The notes under the pieces: generated by a model
What the model was told of the DNA's origin: nothing
The model's database searches: none
What the model saw: only the letters and a program-made list of their open reading frames with translations
Shown: one piece after another, positions 15,401-29,790 of the stretch
Layout of the letters: each line of letters starts with the position of its first letter
Position numbering within the stretch: the stretch's first letter is position 1
Position numbers and translations under genes: made by a program
NCBI GenBank assembly: GCA_000934665.2
Contig: KZ538166.1
Location: 1-64,000 of the forward strand
From: Catajapyx aquilonaris
Lineage: Eukaryota
Direction of reading: 5' to 3'
DNA: 64,000 nucleotides

Positions 15401-18294
15401 AACATTAGACAACAGGATGCAGTATACTTTAAGAATGGCATCAATCATTTATCCTAGTTGTCAAGCAGGACCATGCAGAAAGCAGTATAAACTGTTATGG
15501 AAGCATTTTTTTGTTATTTTCCGCCATACATCTCGAGGTTGATGTCACACTTAAGGGACTTTAGTTACACTCTTATGTCGTTGCTTTTGCGCCTGCATAG
15601 CCAACAGGGAGGGAGCTGGTGTAAGGTTTGCTGGGAGTCACTTTGCTTGAATTAATTTCCATCTGTTAAAATTGCACGCAATTAAGGGAATGGCTGGTAA
15701 AACTGGATGCAGTGCAACTTTATTACGTAATGGTGTATACGCACTATGCATTCTGCGAGTGGCCATGACATATACAACCAAAGATGCTTTCGCGGCTGTG
15801 GTCAACAGAATTGGCCTGAGCCTTGCTTTCTTTCTGAACCCGTAATTTGGTCGTTACGAGTGAAACAGAGATTGTAAGTTACAGTTGGAGCCCCAGAGAA
15901 AGTAACGGGCCCTTTGTAATGAACCCTATTAGGTGTAATGAAGCATCTAAGGAATTGGGCTTGCAGGGGCATCCGTTGTAGGTTACGTTAGACCCGGGAC
16001 GAAAAGTTTCCAGACGAATAAAACCCCCTGCCTGACCACAATTGACTGCAAGTCTGACGTTGAAAGCGCAAAACTTCCTTCTTCCCCCATCCCCTACGCC
16101 CAGTTGGGGCCAAAGGACGGCGCAGTTTCTCTAACGAAGACCAGGCCAAAAACTAAACGATTTCTGGAGGGGTCTGACGTCCGTGATCTATAACCTGTAA
16201 CTTTACTCCCCTTATTTCTCCCCCAACTTTATTAATGGGCTCCATCGAGCGATTCCAAAATGAAGCTCCGAACCTTGTTTACGTGTATGGGAACGCGGCT
16301 TATGCCTTTGTGTCGGCAGCACTCCCTGGCCCTATGAGGAGTATTTTCCCTCAAACTGACTCAACGTCTCCCAGTGGTCGAAGAATCCTCGCGGTTACGG
16401 AATATTTAGGACAGGAACTGGTAGGGTGTTCCGAGCCGTTTCTCGTTTCCAGGGCTGCTGGCTTTTGTGTGCTGGTTTTTTGGGGGAAAGAGAGAGCCTG
16501 TTCTGGACTAGGCCATCTTCCTCCGGAATCGCTCTTCCCGGACAGATACAGATGAGCACGAAATATTGCGCTGAGAGACCGGGCGACCTCCAGGGGACCC
16601 CCAGCTCTTCATCACCTGCAACCGAACTCACTACATCATGGTGATTGCACTGCCCGTCAAGTTTATCGTGTGGATGTAGTCAAAATTTGGTATGCAGGAG
16701 GAAAAGGCGGTGCATGATTATGAGGGGGGATTGGACGTGGTGCTGTTAGCGGATCTCACCAGCTGTCCTCTAATCGCGATCACTTGCTATATGCGACAGT
16801 ATTATGTGCATGATAGGATGGGAGGAGCTGCTAACGTTATATCATACGACTAGATGAGGTTATCTTGATAATGCAACCATGCTGATGGTGATTTCACCGC
16901 CTTTACCCTGGGTGTGTAATCAATATAGTGCAAGACTGCGTTTTATGCTTACGAGGGGGTTGGACTTAGTGCAATGACGCCATCTGCAGATGTCGCTAGA
17001 AATCAAGCCAGTCTTGTTTTCTAGTTCCCTGGTTGGTGTGTATGAGAGGAGTGCATGTGCTGTTTAGAGTCCAGTTATGTAGTAGGTAGTGGTAGCAGTG
17101 ACTGGGGAATATTTTGTCGGTGCCGCAGAGGCCGGTTGCGGAATTTAGGAGCGTCCATTGCAGGCCTGGGGAAGTAAGGCCAACTTTTGCACGGCGCGCG
17201 TGTTTGAGGTTACCGGAAGTGTTTAGATGTTGGCGTTAATATTCGCCTGGCGTCGAGAGCGCCGTCCCCGCCCCATTCTTTAAAAAGGGCATTAGCATGA
17301 AATGCGGAGATGTAAATTTTGCGCCACGGACTGGCAATATCACTGGCGGTTCTTGGTACATGAGAGAACTATGTCTTTCAACACCCCCCAAAAAATTGAG
17401 GGAGGACAATGTGAGTTAATATCCAGCAGGTTTTTGATAGAACTACATGTGGAGCTTCATTCGAAATCAGTGCCTTAGTCAGGAATGATTGTATCAATGT
17501 GGTATAAAATTAATCACGTGATACGCAGGCAAATATCCCACGTCCTGCTCTAATGTTGAGTACACAGTCAACATATTATGTCATTTGGCAGGGAAAAATA
17601 AAGCACAAAATTAATATTCAACATTTTAATGCGGATAAATTCTATAATAACAGGCACTGTCGCTTTCTCCATGTCAGTGTACTGTAGAGTGAAATACCCT
17701 ACTTTGGGGAATAAGCTCCTTACGTGATCCGATTTGACTTAAACTATTACCTGCTTTTCCTATTGTGTTTTACTGCTGAACAAATTATGGTTGTGCCGCA
17801 TATGCATGCATGCTCCCTTTTACCACCCAAAGTAACCAGCTTGTTTGCATGACAGGCCTCAAGGAGCGTGTAATCAGCTTAGCTGCAGGCGTTCAAATAT
17901 GTCCTATTGGCCGGGCCAGTCATAAATTGTGGTGATCATGGTCACGTTCGGTTCCTGAGCTTTCGTTGTGAACTATTGGATCAGTTTTTGTAACCTTACA
18001 TTTGAACAAAAAATGCAGGCTGTGTAGAGCTGGAGTAATAATGTCACAGAGCGTCAGAGGAACATTTGTTTTGTAGACACTTTCGTCGCTGTCAAATGTC
18101 AGAAGGTCATGAACAAGAGAGCTACAAGTGGGTAAAAACACTGTAAAATCTAGGTCGGCAATTTTTAAAAGAGCTGCACGTAATTGAAGAGCTTTTGTAA
18201 CACCCCCCGTTCACCCCTGCCCGACTCCTGTACTCCTGATGCCCCTCTCAACCCCCTTTTTGTGTCCTAGGCTGCATTAACTCTCAACCCAACA

Positions 18295-18366
18295 GTCTCT
18301 TTAGTTTAGTGGCAGAACACACATTCAACAAGAGTGTGGACCTGGGTTCAATTCCCAGCGGAGGCA
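18295..18366 (+). pseudogene. tRNA-Val(AAC)-like pseudogene or SINE head (the SINE may extend to the A-run near 18604)
   Basis: Folds as a degenerate cloverleaf: A box tagtttagtgg, D-stem gttt/gaac, anticodon loop tcAACaa, perfect T-arm ctggg-ttcaatt-cccag. Mismatches in the acceptor and anticodon stems and C at position 33 argue against a functional tRNA. Confidence 0.65.
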
Positions 18367-18876
18367 AATGGGTTTGAGTTACTGTGCGTTGCAGGTCATA
18401 AATGTGGCAGCTGTCCATTGGGAATCTCAGGTAGTCAGAAAAAAAAGTAGGGTAGTAGTCGGTGTATTTCATGCTAGAGGGAAGTAGGTGAGTTAAGAGC
18501 TCCCTTTTAGTTAGGGTATCAGGCTCACACGGTGGATACTGTTCCTCCCAAGTACTTTGCCCATCCGACCAGTACCAAGTGAGGGGTACGAGGGCAAAAA
18601 AAAATGGTCTCAGGTTGGAATAATTCCAGGCGAAAATGTACCCGGTGCAGGTGTTGTATTATTAACGGCGTCATGCGCATGTTCTCGGGTGATAAATTTT
18701 ACAGCACAGTTTATGAAGCAGCTAGCCTAGAGCTTTCTTTACGAGACTATTGCATTTTTAATGATGATGGCTCTCTTTAGGCAGTATATTTATGAAGGAA
18801 GGTCAGACTGTGGCCCCTGAGTGTTCAGTACATGGTAGATGAAGGCGTTGCATTCATTTCCAGCCGAACATCTAAC

Positions 18877-18982
18877 GTACTATATCGCCCAAAAAGATAG
18901 AGACGATTTTGCATTTGACTCAAGTGCAACTTGCACTTGAATCAAATGCCAATCGTCTCTATCTTTTTGAGCGATATAGTAC
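18877..18982. mobile_element. Foldback (palindromic) MITE with TA flanks
   Basis: Arms of about 52 bp form a near-perfect palindrome: gtactatatcgcccaaaaagatagagacgatt...aatcgtctctatctttttgagcgatatagtac. Termini are TA|CTAT...ATAG|TA. Confidence 0.8.
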
Positions 18983-21900
18983 CTCTGACCTCCCACAAGG
19001 ACATGAGATCTGAGAAAGGTGTTTTGACTTTTACCAAAGTGTGCATGGGTTACATGCTCTGGTGAGAACCGCAGACGTTCTCTCCCCTCACATCATCATA
19101 CATTCATGAACGGTAATAAACAACCTACCCTCTCACACTCCATCACGCTTTTGCTTCAGGGAAAAAGGCTGACCAGATTAATGCAGTGTGTTGGGACAGT
19201 GCATCAGCGAGCCTTGCATTAGGTTATATGAACCAAAAATTGGCAACCAAATCTGGCTCACATTTTTCCCCTCTTTCCTCCAGCCTTGTCCCCAAACCCT
19301 ACTGTCAAAGAAGATATTTTAGAACCAGGCCTGGCGTCGACGTTTTGCTTCCCCTTGCAACAATTATCCGTCCTGGTAGTTTACTCTGGGGGCTTTCAGG
19401 CACTCTCTCCCACAAAGAGGCCGCTGAGATCCTTCCTCCCCACTCCTCTTCCCTCTCCCTTCCTTCCCTCCCATCCGACAGTAACTTTGCACAAGTTCTC
19501 CTCGCCTGTGACATGAACAATCAAGCATTCCTGAAGCCAGGAGTGCTCAAGAACCACCAAATCTGTGCATGCTGCAAAGCACTTTGGAGACCTGGTGCCA
19601 CTGTATTGATTCAGACTCTTACTAATTAGGCGACAAGCCAGGCAGCAAAATGCAACACAGGCAGGAATAAGGCGCCTAACCGATGGTTCGTGGGTTTTTG
19701 GAGTCACAAGTAGCATATGGCGTGATAGTCATGCAGTAATGGCGCATCATTCACGTTCTTGCCCCCAGCAAATTTGTCAGCTGCTTTACAAAGTTATGTT
19801 ACTCGGTTGTGATATGTAACTTACAGGACTTCCCTCACGTTGCAAGCGAATGTGACTGCAGGTTGGAAAGGATAGTGGTCGTTGTCGATATTTACCCTGG
19901 GAAATGGGTCTAACGCTGGCCGCCTCCTGGAAGCTGCAATATGCAAGGGTGTTCTGGAATATGTCATCCATCTGACGCTGCAACATTAGTTTCGCAGTTT
20001 AAGTGGGACTCGAACTCGAAGTGCAACAAACTTGATTCAGAACTTCAGAAACACTCTCTACAGCCTACTACATCTCAATTGACTTCCTGATGCAATATCT
20101 TGCTCTTAGGCTCTTGTAACAATCGCATATAATACTGACTCTGATTAATCTTGTAGCAAAAAGGGTGTCATACTTAGCCTATCATCAATGTCAGAAAACC
20201 TATTTCTGTCTACGAATGAATAATAATTAATGCACTGTAGATAGCGTGCAGTAGGCCTACTGGGCAGTTTCTATTTATGTATAACGTTTCTGAAATTGTA
20301 CGAGATGATTCAGGCTGCTCTACTGTATATGCAGTTAAGGAAAATAATTGCTGGAGACGGATACCTGTGTCAAGCCTAGTTAATATGAGTGTAAGTACTG
20401 ATGCATGTAAAAATGCTGCATAATAAGACATTCCATAAAGATCTGTTGGATACGATTCTGAGAGTCTAGACTAAAATTAGTGTCATACATTTTCCTCGAG
20501 ATGCCAAAAATACCAAACCTGTTCCACTCAACTAATAAGGAAAATGCGAAAGTTCATGATAGAATGCTCTCCTCGAAAACTAGCGGCCCAAATTCAAACC
20601 CCTTGTTGACGAAAACAACCTCCCTGTGCCCCCTAGTTGCCGCCCCATTAATTGCCCCAGCCAACTCTTGTCACCCTTGTCACACTTGAAACATGTACTT
20701 TCTCACCCGCCATGTAGTGTCCTCCGTAACAAGACACGTATGTCCAACCTCAGGATTAGATTGCCCCGCATGTTCCAACCTCCAAAAAGAACAAGCCACC
20801 CTGAGGTCCCCATCTGCACTGCTTTCCTCCTAGAAACAGTGGACGTTTAATTTTGTCCTGAACCCAGCCAGCCCCATCCGGACGACCTAGTTCAGGTGTT
20901 TTGTGTTGCCTGACACGACGAGCGAGACACGTTCGTCAGGAATACGATATTTGCTTAGAGAGAGAGGGAGAAAGGACCCTCCTGAATGCCACGCTGCTTG
21001 CCCCCGAGGCGTTTTCCTTCATCAAGGCGACACCAGCCATTGCCACCTGGGATTAGACCCCTCCGAATCGCTGATGAGTCTGGAACCGAGTCCCGGCGAA
21101 GGGTGCCGTTAAACCTGCAAGCCACGCACGGGTATATAGAATGAAGGGGGGGGGGGGGAGTTGAAAAGCCGGGCCATATATGGAAACAGGGACAATTAAT
21201 TAACGATAACATCTTATCGGTTTTACCTCCACTCTTTCGGCTGTGCTGGGGACTTTGGGAAGGTGAAATAGGAGGCTTATGCATGCCAAAGTCACATTGT
21301 TCTTGTGAGTTTTAGTGGGGGTGGATTTTGGTGGGTGAAAGGAAGGGAAGGAAGAGCTGGGGATTAGAAATACAAATTGCGACAGTTCATGACCGCCTTT
21401 CACTATATAATCGGGGGAGCTTTCTTTCTCGTTTTCTGGGGCTCGCAATGGCAATCGTAGTTGGTTTCGATACTTGGGGATAGAATGGGAAGGGTTTGGG
21501 TAGGATTGTATCATCAGGTTCGGTGGAATTAATGAGATGAAGAGCAAATGCATGTTACATCTGGGAGCAGGTGTTAGATTTTCATTATTTTGTTGGCTTA
21601 ATTCGTGAAAAATTGATCCTGTTCGTTGACATTTTCATGATTTTCGGGGGTGATGGCGTGGAAAATGAAGTGCTGTCGGCCGGAACTTTCTCAGATCAAA
21701 GAATTGGTTAATGAGCTCTGAAATCACACTCCCTTTAAAAATTAGGGGATTCCCAAAGAGCGCATTATTCGTGGGCTACTGGCTGAAAACATTGTTCAGA
21801 GGAGGCGTATGCAAGAAAACCCTTCCAATTTTTTAGTGAATTGGAATTCAGATTAACTCTGGAAATCATATTCTTAACATACCGTAACTTCGGTTAAGAA

Positions 21901-22365
21901 CTTATCTTTGATGTGATTATATAGGCAGGAGTGATTATACTGGGAAATATTAGCAGAATTTACAGATCGTATCATCTCTATTATAAGGACACCATTTGGC
22001 ATCATGTGCAACATTCCACTATCAAGTAAATCATAAATATGTAGGATTTATATGCCTTTTAAGTATACTATTATAAATATTTTCCGAGATAGGCCATGAA
22101 AGCGAATAATACAGTAATTCATATTGGAGCCGAGTTTTTTGCTTAACACCATTAACACCATAAAAAATGTTATGGTGAATCTACGCATTAGAACTATATA
22201 AAAGTACGTACAGTCTCGAGAAAAACGATGAAGACTGGCCTTACAAAGGGTGCCAATGTTCACTGTAAGACAGTGGTGAAGGGTCTGCTCCAATAATACT
22301 GGACTGGATCGGATATCACTTACAAGTTACAATAGCATTAGAGCAGAGGCATTACCAGTTTTACT

Positions 22366-22516
22366 TGTATCATCGGTTCAAAAAGAATTGTCCCAGTCAT
22401 CCTGATGTGTGTGCTGCCCGCTCGACACACACCATGTACTTACATGGTGTGTGTCGAGCAGCGGCCAGCCCACACGTCAGGATGACTGGGACAGTTCTTT
22501 TTGCACTGTTGATACA
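22366..22516. mobile_element. Foldback MITE-like palindrome
   Basis: Arms of about 73 bp: tgtatcatcggttcaaaaagaattgtcccagtcatcctga...gctcgacacacaccatgta, loop ct, then tacatggtgtgtgtcgagc...tcaggatgactgggacagttctttttgcactgttgataca. Confidence 0.8.
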
Positions 22517-25500
22517 GAGTAGCCTACTCGTTGGAGTTCCATACCTCGAGTCCTTCTTTCATTATGTGCCCTTGACTGTACAGTAGCCTACATGGCACTG
22601 TAGCAATGCATAATACATTAATTTTAACTTTCTGGTGGCACCTGATAATGAATAAAACGATCTCGTACTACACAGAAAAGTCTAAATCCATGCAAATGTT
22701 ACTGTTGCATGAAAGGACCTGTTCAAGGTTACCCTGAGTAGCCCCACAGCCCAAACGACAAAAATTAGGCTCATCTTGTAGTGTATATTCTATGCACCTA
22801 GTTTTACGCTATACACCGCTGTGTTCGCCACTCACTGTATCTTTGATGTGGTAGGGGGTGCTATCTGTCGGCCTTGGTAGTATTCAAAATATGTTGCCAA
22901 ATCGGGCATCATATCATAATGACAGTTGCGTCAACGACAATTTATGTGGTTTTTACACCGTAAAAATGTTGTAAGAATAATAGCGTTGGACAAATGCCTG
23001 ACGCGAGTGTCAAACATGCGAAATGTAACCCCCATCTTGATATGCCGTGTATGTCCCATCGCGTATCTCTCCCGCTCTTCTCTTTCTCTCTCCTTCAATC
23101 CCCCGCAAAGAGAGAGAGAGGAAAGAGAAAGAGGGATTCAAAATGGCGTTCGTTGGCAAAGCAAGGCCGAACCCTTGCTCCAATCTGTTGAACGCGTTGA
23201 AGGTCACCCTGAGGTCACCTATTAGAAGCATTCTTCCTTTGAATGACAATATATTAGAGTGGCTGGACAGCGTCCATTTCGATCCAACTCCCCTGCATTG
23301 CCAAGTTTCAGTGATCTGCTCCAATCTAAAGAAACGAATCATTGTGCCATGCGGGTTGCTTTGCTTAGTCAGGATAACCTTGAACAGGTCCTTTCGAAAT
23401 ATAATAAATCACTGACCATTATGAATGACTTTGTTCACACTCCACGAGCTTTATTTTCCTTTCCGAAATATGCACCTAGTAATATTTTCGTCCATTTCGA
23501 GTTTTCAATATAGTATTCTGTGTAAGTTTCTCAAAATATATTATTTCTATATGAAATGCGATCTGCAATTGATGAATAATTTCCATTATGTGTGACTTAC
23601 ACCATTATTAGTCGTATGTATTACATTGTTTTAATATCTGACAGCACGTACAAGCACAAAATATGGATGAAAAGCCCTTCTAGCTCGTTACTTTTTAGGC
23701 TTTGGATCAATGTTTTTTTTTTCAAAGTGGTCATACAGCTAGGTGTTTGCAATTTGTGTTAATCCCTAAATGAGTAATTCAAACGGGATCCTTGCTATTG
23801 ATATTGTCCTGCCTGAAGCAGCCCCTTTCTATTTATGAAAGCACACGTAATTTATATAAGTTGTCGGTAACTTACTACTATCCTAACACGACACAGGAGT
23901 TCAGAGCTGGTTCACGTCTCGTTCAACACTCCACAACAACCTTTGACGAGGTACGGCCCTTCCAAATACAGGCACAGGACAGTTCCAGATAATTATATAC
24001 TAGTATATTCTTCCACCAGAGGTATGATACAGATAAGCATCGTTGTGTGATCTAATATAATATGGCAATCACTCTTCAACTCCTCTATTCCAAACACTAT
24101 CAACACTATACAGTATACATTGTTCACATAGCAACAGTTTCCATATTACACAATCCACCATGTTTCCAGGTAAAGACTATTCATTTGATAGCATTCCATT
24201 AAATTATTACATCACTTAAGATTTTGTTCCTGTACAATCAGATCTCTACTCTCACGAATTATTGGCAGTTATCATTGATCGGAGTTTATGATAGCAGCCA
24301 CTATCCAGTTGCATATTGCAGATAATTTTTTCAGATATTGAGACAGGTCAGCTCCCAAAACTTGGAACTGAACAATATGCCATTTCCCGAGCACTAATAT
24401 GGTTCTGAAACCACATGATAGCTTTCAGTTGTTTTGTAATTTTATCATATCACACCAGACTGATTGAATGCTATCATCTCAGTAGATAACTTATAGGTAT
24501 TCCTGAAAATGAAATTAGAAATTCTGTATCCTTGAAGTTAAGTCTGCTACACTTTTATGAGACAGTTATTTTTATAATATTTGCTCCTGTAACATTTTTA
24601 AAACATTGAATTTGCGGATGACATTTATTCATTCTTATGATGTACACAAAATCCCTCCGTTGATTAATTTACATTAGCATAACCGTTGGACCCATTTTTA
24701 TTGTAGAACATCCTAAAAGGCAAGCCCCATAGTGTCCACATATCATTGTCAGCACTAACAGGGTGACAACAAAAGTATGTGGACAGTGACAAGTACATGA
24801 ACACTTTCTGGTTACACGCATGTGGGTTCCTTTTGAGTCTCGTCGATTTGCGTCTATTATTCAGACCAACATTGAATAATGAAAGAAAAGGCCCGACAGA
24901 AGGTCCTAGCATACCCACGGGGAAAAGGGAGGGGTCTAAATATAGCTGGTTTTCATTTTTGCAAGCGTGAATGAAGCCGGCCGTACTTTTGTCGCCAGCA
25001 GGAGTGATTATGGAGGCCAGGCGTCAGCCATCATTCATCAGCAACCAATCCCAGGAGTCCACGTGGGAAAATGGAGGTTGCCAGTCTGACCGCACTGTTG
25101 AGGGAATGAAGGAAAAGCTGTGACGTGTAATATCTTCTCCCTTGCGGAATTGGCTATCCGTTTTCTCGAGCGCCGAGAAAGGACGTTCCCATAACGTTCC
25201 CCTTAAACGTTCCCTTCTGTAGTCTGAAATGAATTGAAAAGGAGCATCTCGCCGTGCTCGGATGCGTGATATGATTTCACAAAGGCCTCAACTCCACGGA
25301 ATTTTTTTTTGCGCGCTTCCAGAATATTGTAACATTTCAACACCTATCATCTCTCCACTCACGATGTCAGAAAAATGGTGTCTTCTTTAATGCCCCTTTA
25401 CTTCCCGACGATCTTATTTCAACAACACATTTATTAGTTTTTTGTTCTATTTGAAGTGCTCAGAAACAAGATATGACGCCTATTTTTTTAAATTTTATTT

Positions 25501-28500
25501 TCTAAATGGTATGTTGCTACGAATACGTTATTGCTGAGGCTATGCTTTAAATATTGCATCATAGTTAGGCCTGTTAACCCCTGTTAATTTCCTGACAACT
25601 GAATTAAATGAAACTGTAATTAGTATATAATTTTGAATCACTGTAGTATAGGCCAACATCCACTCTGCATTTTGCTGCGATAAGAGAGCAACTAAATAAT
25701 TGAGACAAAGGATGGGATTAATGTCGTTGCTCTGAAAGCATTGCTTTACTGCGCTAATAAAAATAGGAAAGCTTTCTCCTACAAAGTAAACGCGAATGTG
25801 AACTAATGCTCTTTAGCACGCAAAAAATGACAGTCATAATCCATTTGCATTTTTAAGTCAGCATTAGTTTGAAAGCCGTTCTACTATGTATAGAAATAGC
25901 TTTTCTTCTTATAATGTTATTATTTCTGCAGCGTTGTAGCTAAAATGTCAAAATAAATTAGTGTTTCTTAACTTGAATGAAAATGCAGAGGTGACAAATA
26001 TTACTGAATATTTTACATTCTATCAAGAACTTGCATTATTTAGAGCCCTGCTAATCAGTATGATATTATGAAGAAATCCTTCATTTTAGAGCATGGTATA
26101 CAGTCCAAAGTATTCATGCCAGGGTCTACGAATCATTCCATGTCAAAACCGCCCAATTCTTCAAAATTAGGAACTCGGCCACTTAAACTTAGTATTCCAA
26201 TAAAACCATGTGCGACTTGCTCTCAATAAATGATTACCAAACCTAAGGTTTTACATTTTTAGAAGAACATTTATCATAATGAGGGCAATCAATAACGTTA
26301 CATTTTTAAAATTAATACTATAACAAATTATAATAACAAAACAGAGTAAAAGTGCTGTGTCTGGAATAATAAAAACAATAGTTATCCGTAGGCTAACAAA
26401 ATAAAAATTAATACAAGATAATGTGTGGCCTCTAAGGTCATTCACACATGGATTTACTGCCCTGAATTAACCAAGCTTTAAAATAAAAAATAGGAAATGC
26501 CAAAAAACTGCGAAATGTGTGATATTTGATCGATTTTTTTTCTTTTAGTGGGACTGGAGGTGTTTCTTTAGAGTTTAGTGCATCAAATTTTCACGTGTGC
26601 ATGACTTTAGACGCCACGTTATCAAATTATTAGATGTACATTTGACATCGTGGTTCGAGTATTGGTTTAACTGGGATGAATTTCTTTACAAGTTGCAAGG
26701 AATGGTCAGCGTGACCTATGTATCATGTCTTAGGTGGGATTTCGATGTCATCTAAAGTTTGTCCGTTTCCCCGGGCGATCCCAGTACACGATCTGGTGGG
26801 ATTAAGCTTTTGCTGTGCCTCTTGGCGCGAAGATAAATGCTACAATCTCCAGGGGATCCGATTGCACTCGGAATAGGGAGGGAGAGAGGTAACAAAAGTA
26901 AGACTCGGCTTCGGCTTTCCATAAGTAAACGAAGTGGTAGACGATGGGCTTGTCCCTAAAGGATTGTTGAGTTCTCACAACCAATCTGAAGAACCAGGAC
27001 CAGTTCACCATATGTTGTCAGTCTTGTTGATACCGACAGTAAACTAATCCTCCGTCGTGCTCTTGCTATAAAAAAATGAGTTATGACGCCAAAGGCTGAT
27101 CTTTTGCATTATCTCAGAAGAGGGGAAGCTGAACTGTCTTGTCTGTTGTATACGAAATTTTTATGAGGTCGGTGCAAAAATGCGTAATGAGACCATGTTT
27201 AATCTCGAGGCCGAAAAAGGAAGTCGCCAGCGGCTGTATATCTTGTGAGATGACGTTTCTTATTATCCTCCCACAAATTCTAGTCACACGTACATTAGCC
27301 TACTCTGCTTTTTTTTGCTTTTTTTCCCCCCTGAGCTTCTGGGTTTTCCGTAATCTTGAGAGCCCGATCTGAGTAATTCTGGCCAGTAACGTTGCGAGTT
27401 GCGTCGTAATTGCTAGGCCGCTTACAGTCTATTACAACGGCATGTCTCTATATAGCAGATGATCCACGAAACGATCTTCATAATCAGGGGGGTCGCACGT
27501 GTGGCCGGGACAAAGCCGCTGTCATGCCATTTTGTCCTACTCGTCAGCATTATTCCTAGTGTTTCACGAGTTTGTTTCGCATAAACTGAGCCTCCACTTG
27601 TCGTGCTTAAAACACGCTTTCCGGCTCATTTATAATCGCGCTTTGATGTGTGTCTGCCGCATGTCGAAACAGCGGCCCATCACTATGACAAGTCTGGTGA
27701 ACCCATCTTGGAGACTATTATGTGAGGCGCCACAAACGATGTCGACAAAAGCGCCATCAAAGTGCTGCAAGGATGCAAAATGGTTCCCACAAAATGGGCT
27801 TGGTAACTGCATGGTCGCTGTGGGATAAGTGAGCCGTTGGAGAGAGGGGGTTGGGGAGTAAGGGGGCGGTGAGGAAGGAGGCCATCATTGTCTTCAGTCC
27901 TTAGCTGCCGACTTCCACTTTCCCTATCCTACCTTCAAATAGCCATTTACTCCGCGATTTCTCCTGGGTTTTCTTATCATGTAAATCCTGCGTTTATGAA
28001 AACTGCCTGTGTCTTATGGTAAGGATACGGTCGCGAATATGAAGATTGAGTGATTCGAAGGTAACTTGCTAGATTGCTCGACATGTTTTCACTGCGTCGT
28101 GATGGCATGACGTGCTATTTATTTAACAGGGCGATAAAGTCATTTCCCAAGCAGGGTGCAGTCATGTATACAAGCTTATGCATTTTGCCATATAACATGA
28201 TGCATAGAGAGGGCTTGCATCAGCCGTTCCAGAAATGAGGTAGTCAAGAAGTGGGATGTCAAATTTTCCTTACCATGCTGGGTGTCCTGAGGAGAATGGC
28301 TTTATTAAATTAATATAATAAGTTAGGACATTTTAGATACTTATACTTGTCAATTTTGTTTCTTCTTTTAAAAGTTCAACTAAGAGCACTGTCATCATCA
28401 ATGAAACCTGTGGGAAGACAAACATTCTCCATTCTATTTGTACTCTCACAGAGTTCTAAAAGCCCTTTCCCATCAATTTTTCGCCTCATTCCCAGTCCAA

Positions 28501-28604
28501 AGAATGCAACAAAACCAATGCACTAGAGCCCCACGTCAATATTACTACACTTCCTAACCAGTTCCAAAATGACCTTACACTGAAAACCTGGGGTGCATAA
28601 TTTT

Positions 28605-28839
28605 ATTCACTTACCAACTCGAAACTGGGACAGGTGAATAATTTCACTTTATTCATTTCAAATGCATTAATATATGCATTGAGTGCATTTTTAAATTCAC
28701 CATATTGGAGAAGTGAATAATTTCACTCTATTCATTTAGTAAATAAACTTATGCATCAATGTGAATATATTAATTCACTTGCCAACTTGAAACTGGGACA
28801 GGTGAATAAAGTCACTTTATTCATTTAAGTGCATTAATA
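28605..28839. repeat. Subterminal direct repeats of the CACT-ended element
   Basis: An approximately 67 bp unit, attcactt(a/g)ccaact(c/t)gaaactgggacaggtgaataa...cactttattcattt...tgcattaata, occurs at 28605-28672 and 28773-28839, with a degenerate partial copy between them (about 28693-28738). Confidence 0.8.
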
Positions 28840-28899
28840 GACTATATGCATTGGATGAATTCTTTGGCAGTTCAATACACACCTGTATAAATAAATGTA

Positions 28900-29790
28900 T
28901 GCATTTTGCAATAATCATTTATTTCCAATACTAATTGACATACATTGAGTAAATACATGCACAGTATTAAAATATGCTGCAGCTGATTCCTTTCATAACA
29001 ACATCCTTATATAATATTTCCTTTGATCGTCATAAAATTCTGCATTTCTGATGCGGTCATTATAAGGATTATCCTAATAATCTTCTGCATAATATGACAT
29101 GAAATTATGAGCCACAAATTAATGAAATGAAGCACAGCCGAGGCATACACTTACGTACAGTTAATACTGACATTTGTATACATTGACGGAGGAGAAGTGT
29201 GCAATTCTACATGTACCATGCTTCCTTTGTTCAATATTCATAATCTCCGGTACGGATGCGGCTGTCTGGAAGAAAAGGGTTGGAGTAAATGCATGAAATT
29301 AATTACTGCGTAATTATTAACATTATTACTCTGAAATATTAAAGATTATGATTACACAAATTACTGTACACATACTTACATATTTCATTTCCTTTTTCAT
29401 CCGCGCCTTGTGGTTAATTATTTTTGAAGCCATGTGGAGTCACGTTTTGGAGTGAAGTAAGTCGATTTCCAAAACAAATAATTTTTGCTGTAAGTGGAAC
29501 AGTAATTAGTGCTAACGCCAAAAATGCACTCAAATGGGGGAAATCAAATAGAAACGGAGTGTCGCATAGAGGAACAGATCAAACATATAGTACGACAGCA
29601 GTGTAAAGGTCAACAAATACGGATACATTATTACTTGGTCATCTAGGCTACTTACGTTGCTGATGTGTCCATAGTACTCGCGGCCCCGCCTTCCGTCATC
29701 CCTTCCGTTGCCAAACGAAGGCTGCTTCAGTCTTGTCAGTATAAGTTGGCTCCCGATGACCGCAAGCCCGATAGACCTGACCTTCATCAT
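28900..29790 (-). ncRNA. Putative spliced non-coding or micropeptide transcription unit inside the transposon (4 predicted exons)
   Basis: Minus-strand GTAAGT donors begin at 29655, 29379 and 29154. Acceptors are ctaattactgttccacttacAG (29489-88), ccttttcttccAG (29267-66) and tattatgcAG (29086-85). AATAAA at 28923-28918. Transcript ends are approximate and there is no expression evidence. Confidence 0.45.

Noticed and set aside
26130..26708. Possible old DNA element bounded by gaatcattccatgtcaa / ttgcaaggaatggtc
   Set aside because: The termini are too degenerate and there is no TSD; it cannot be supported without a repeat library.
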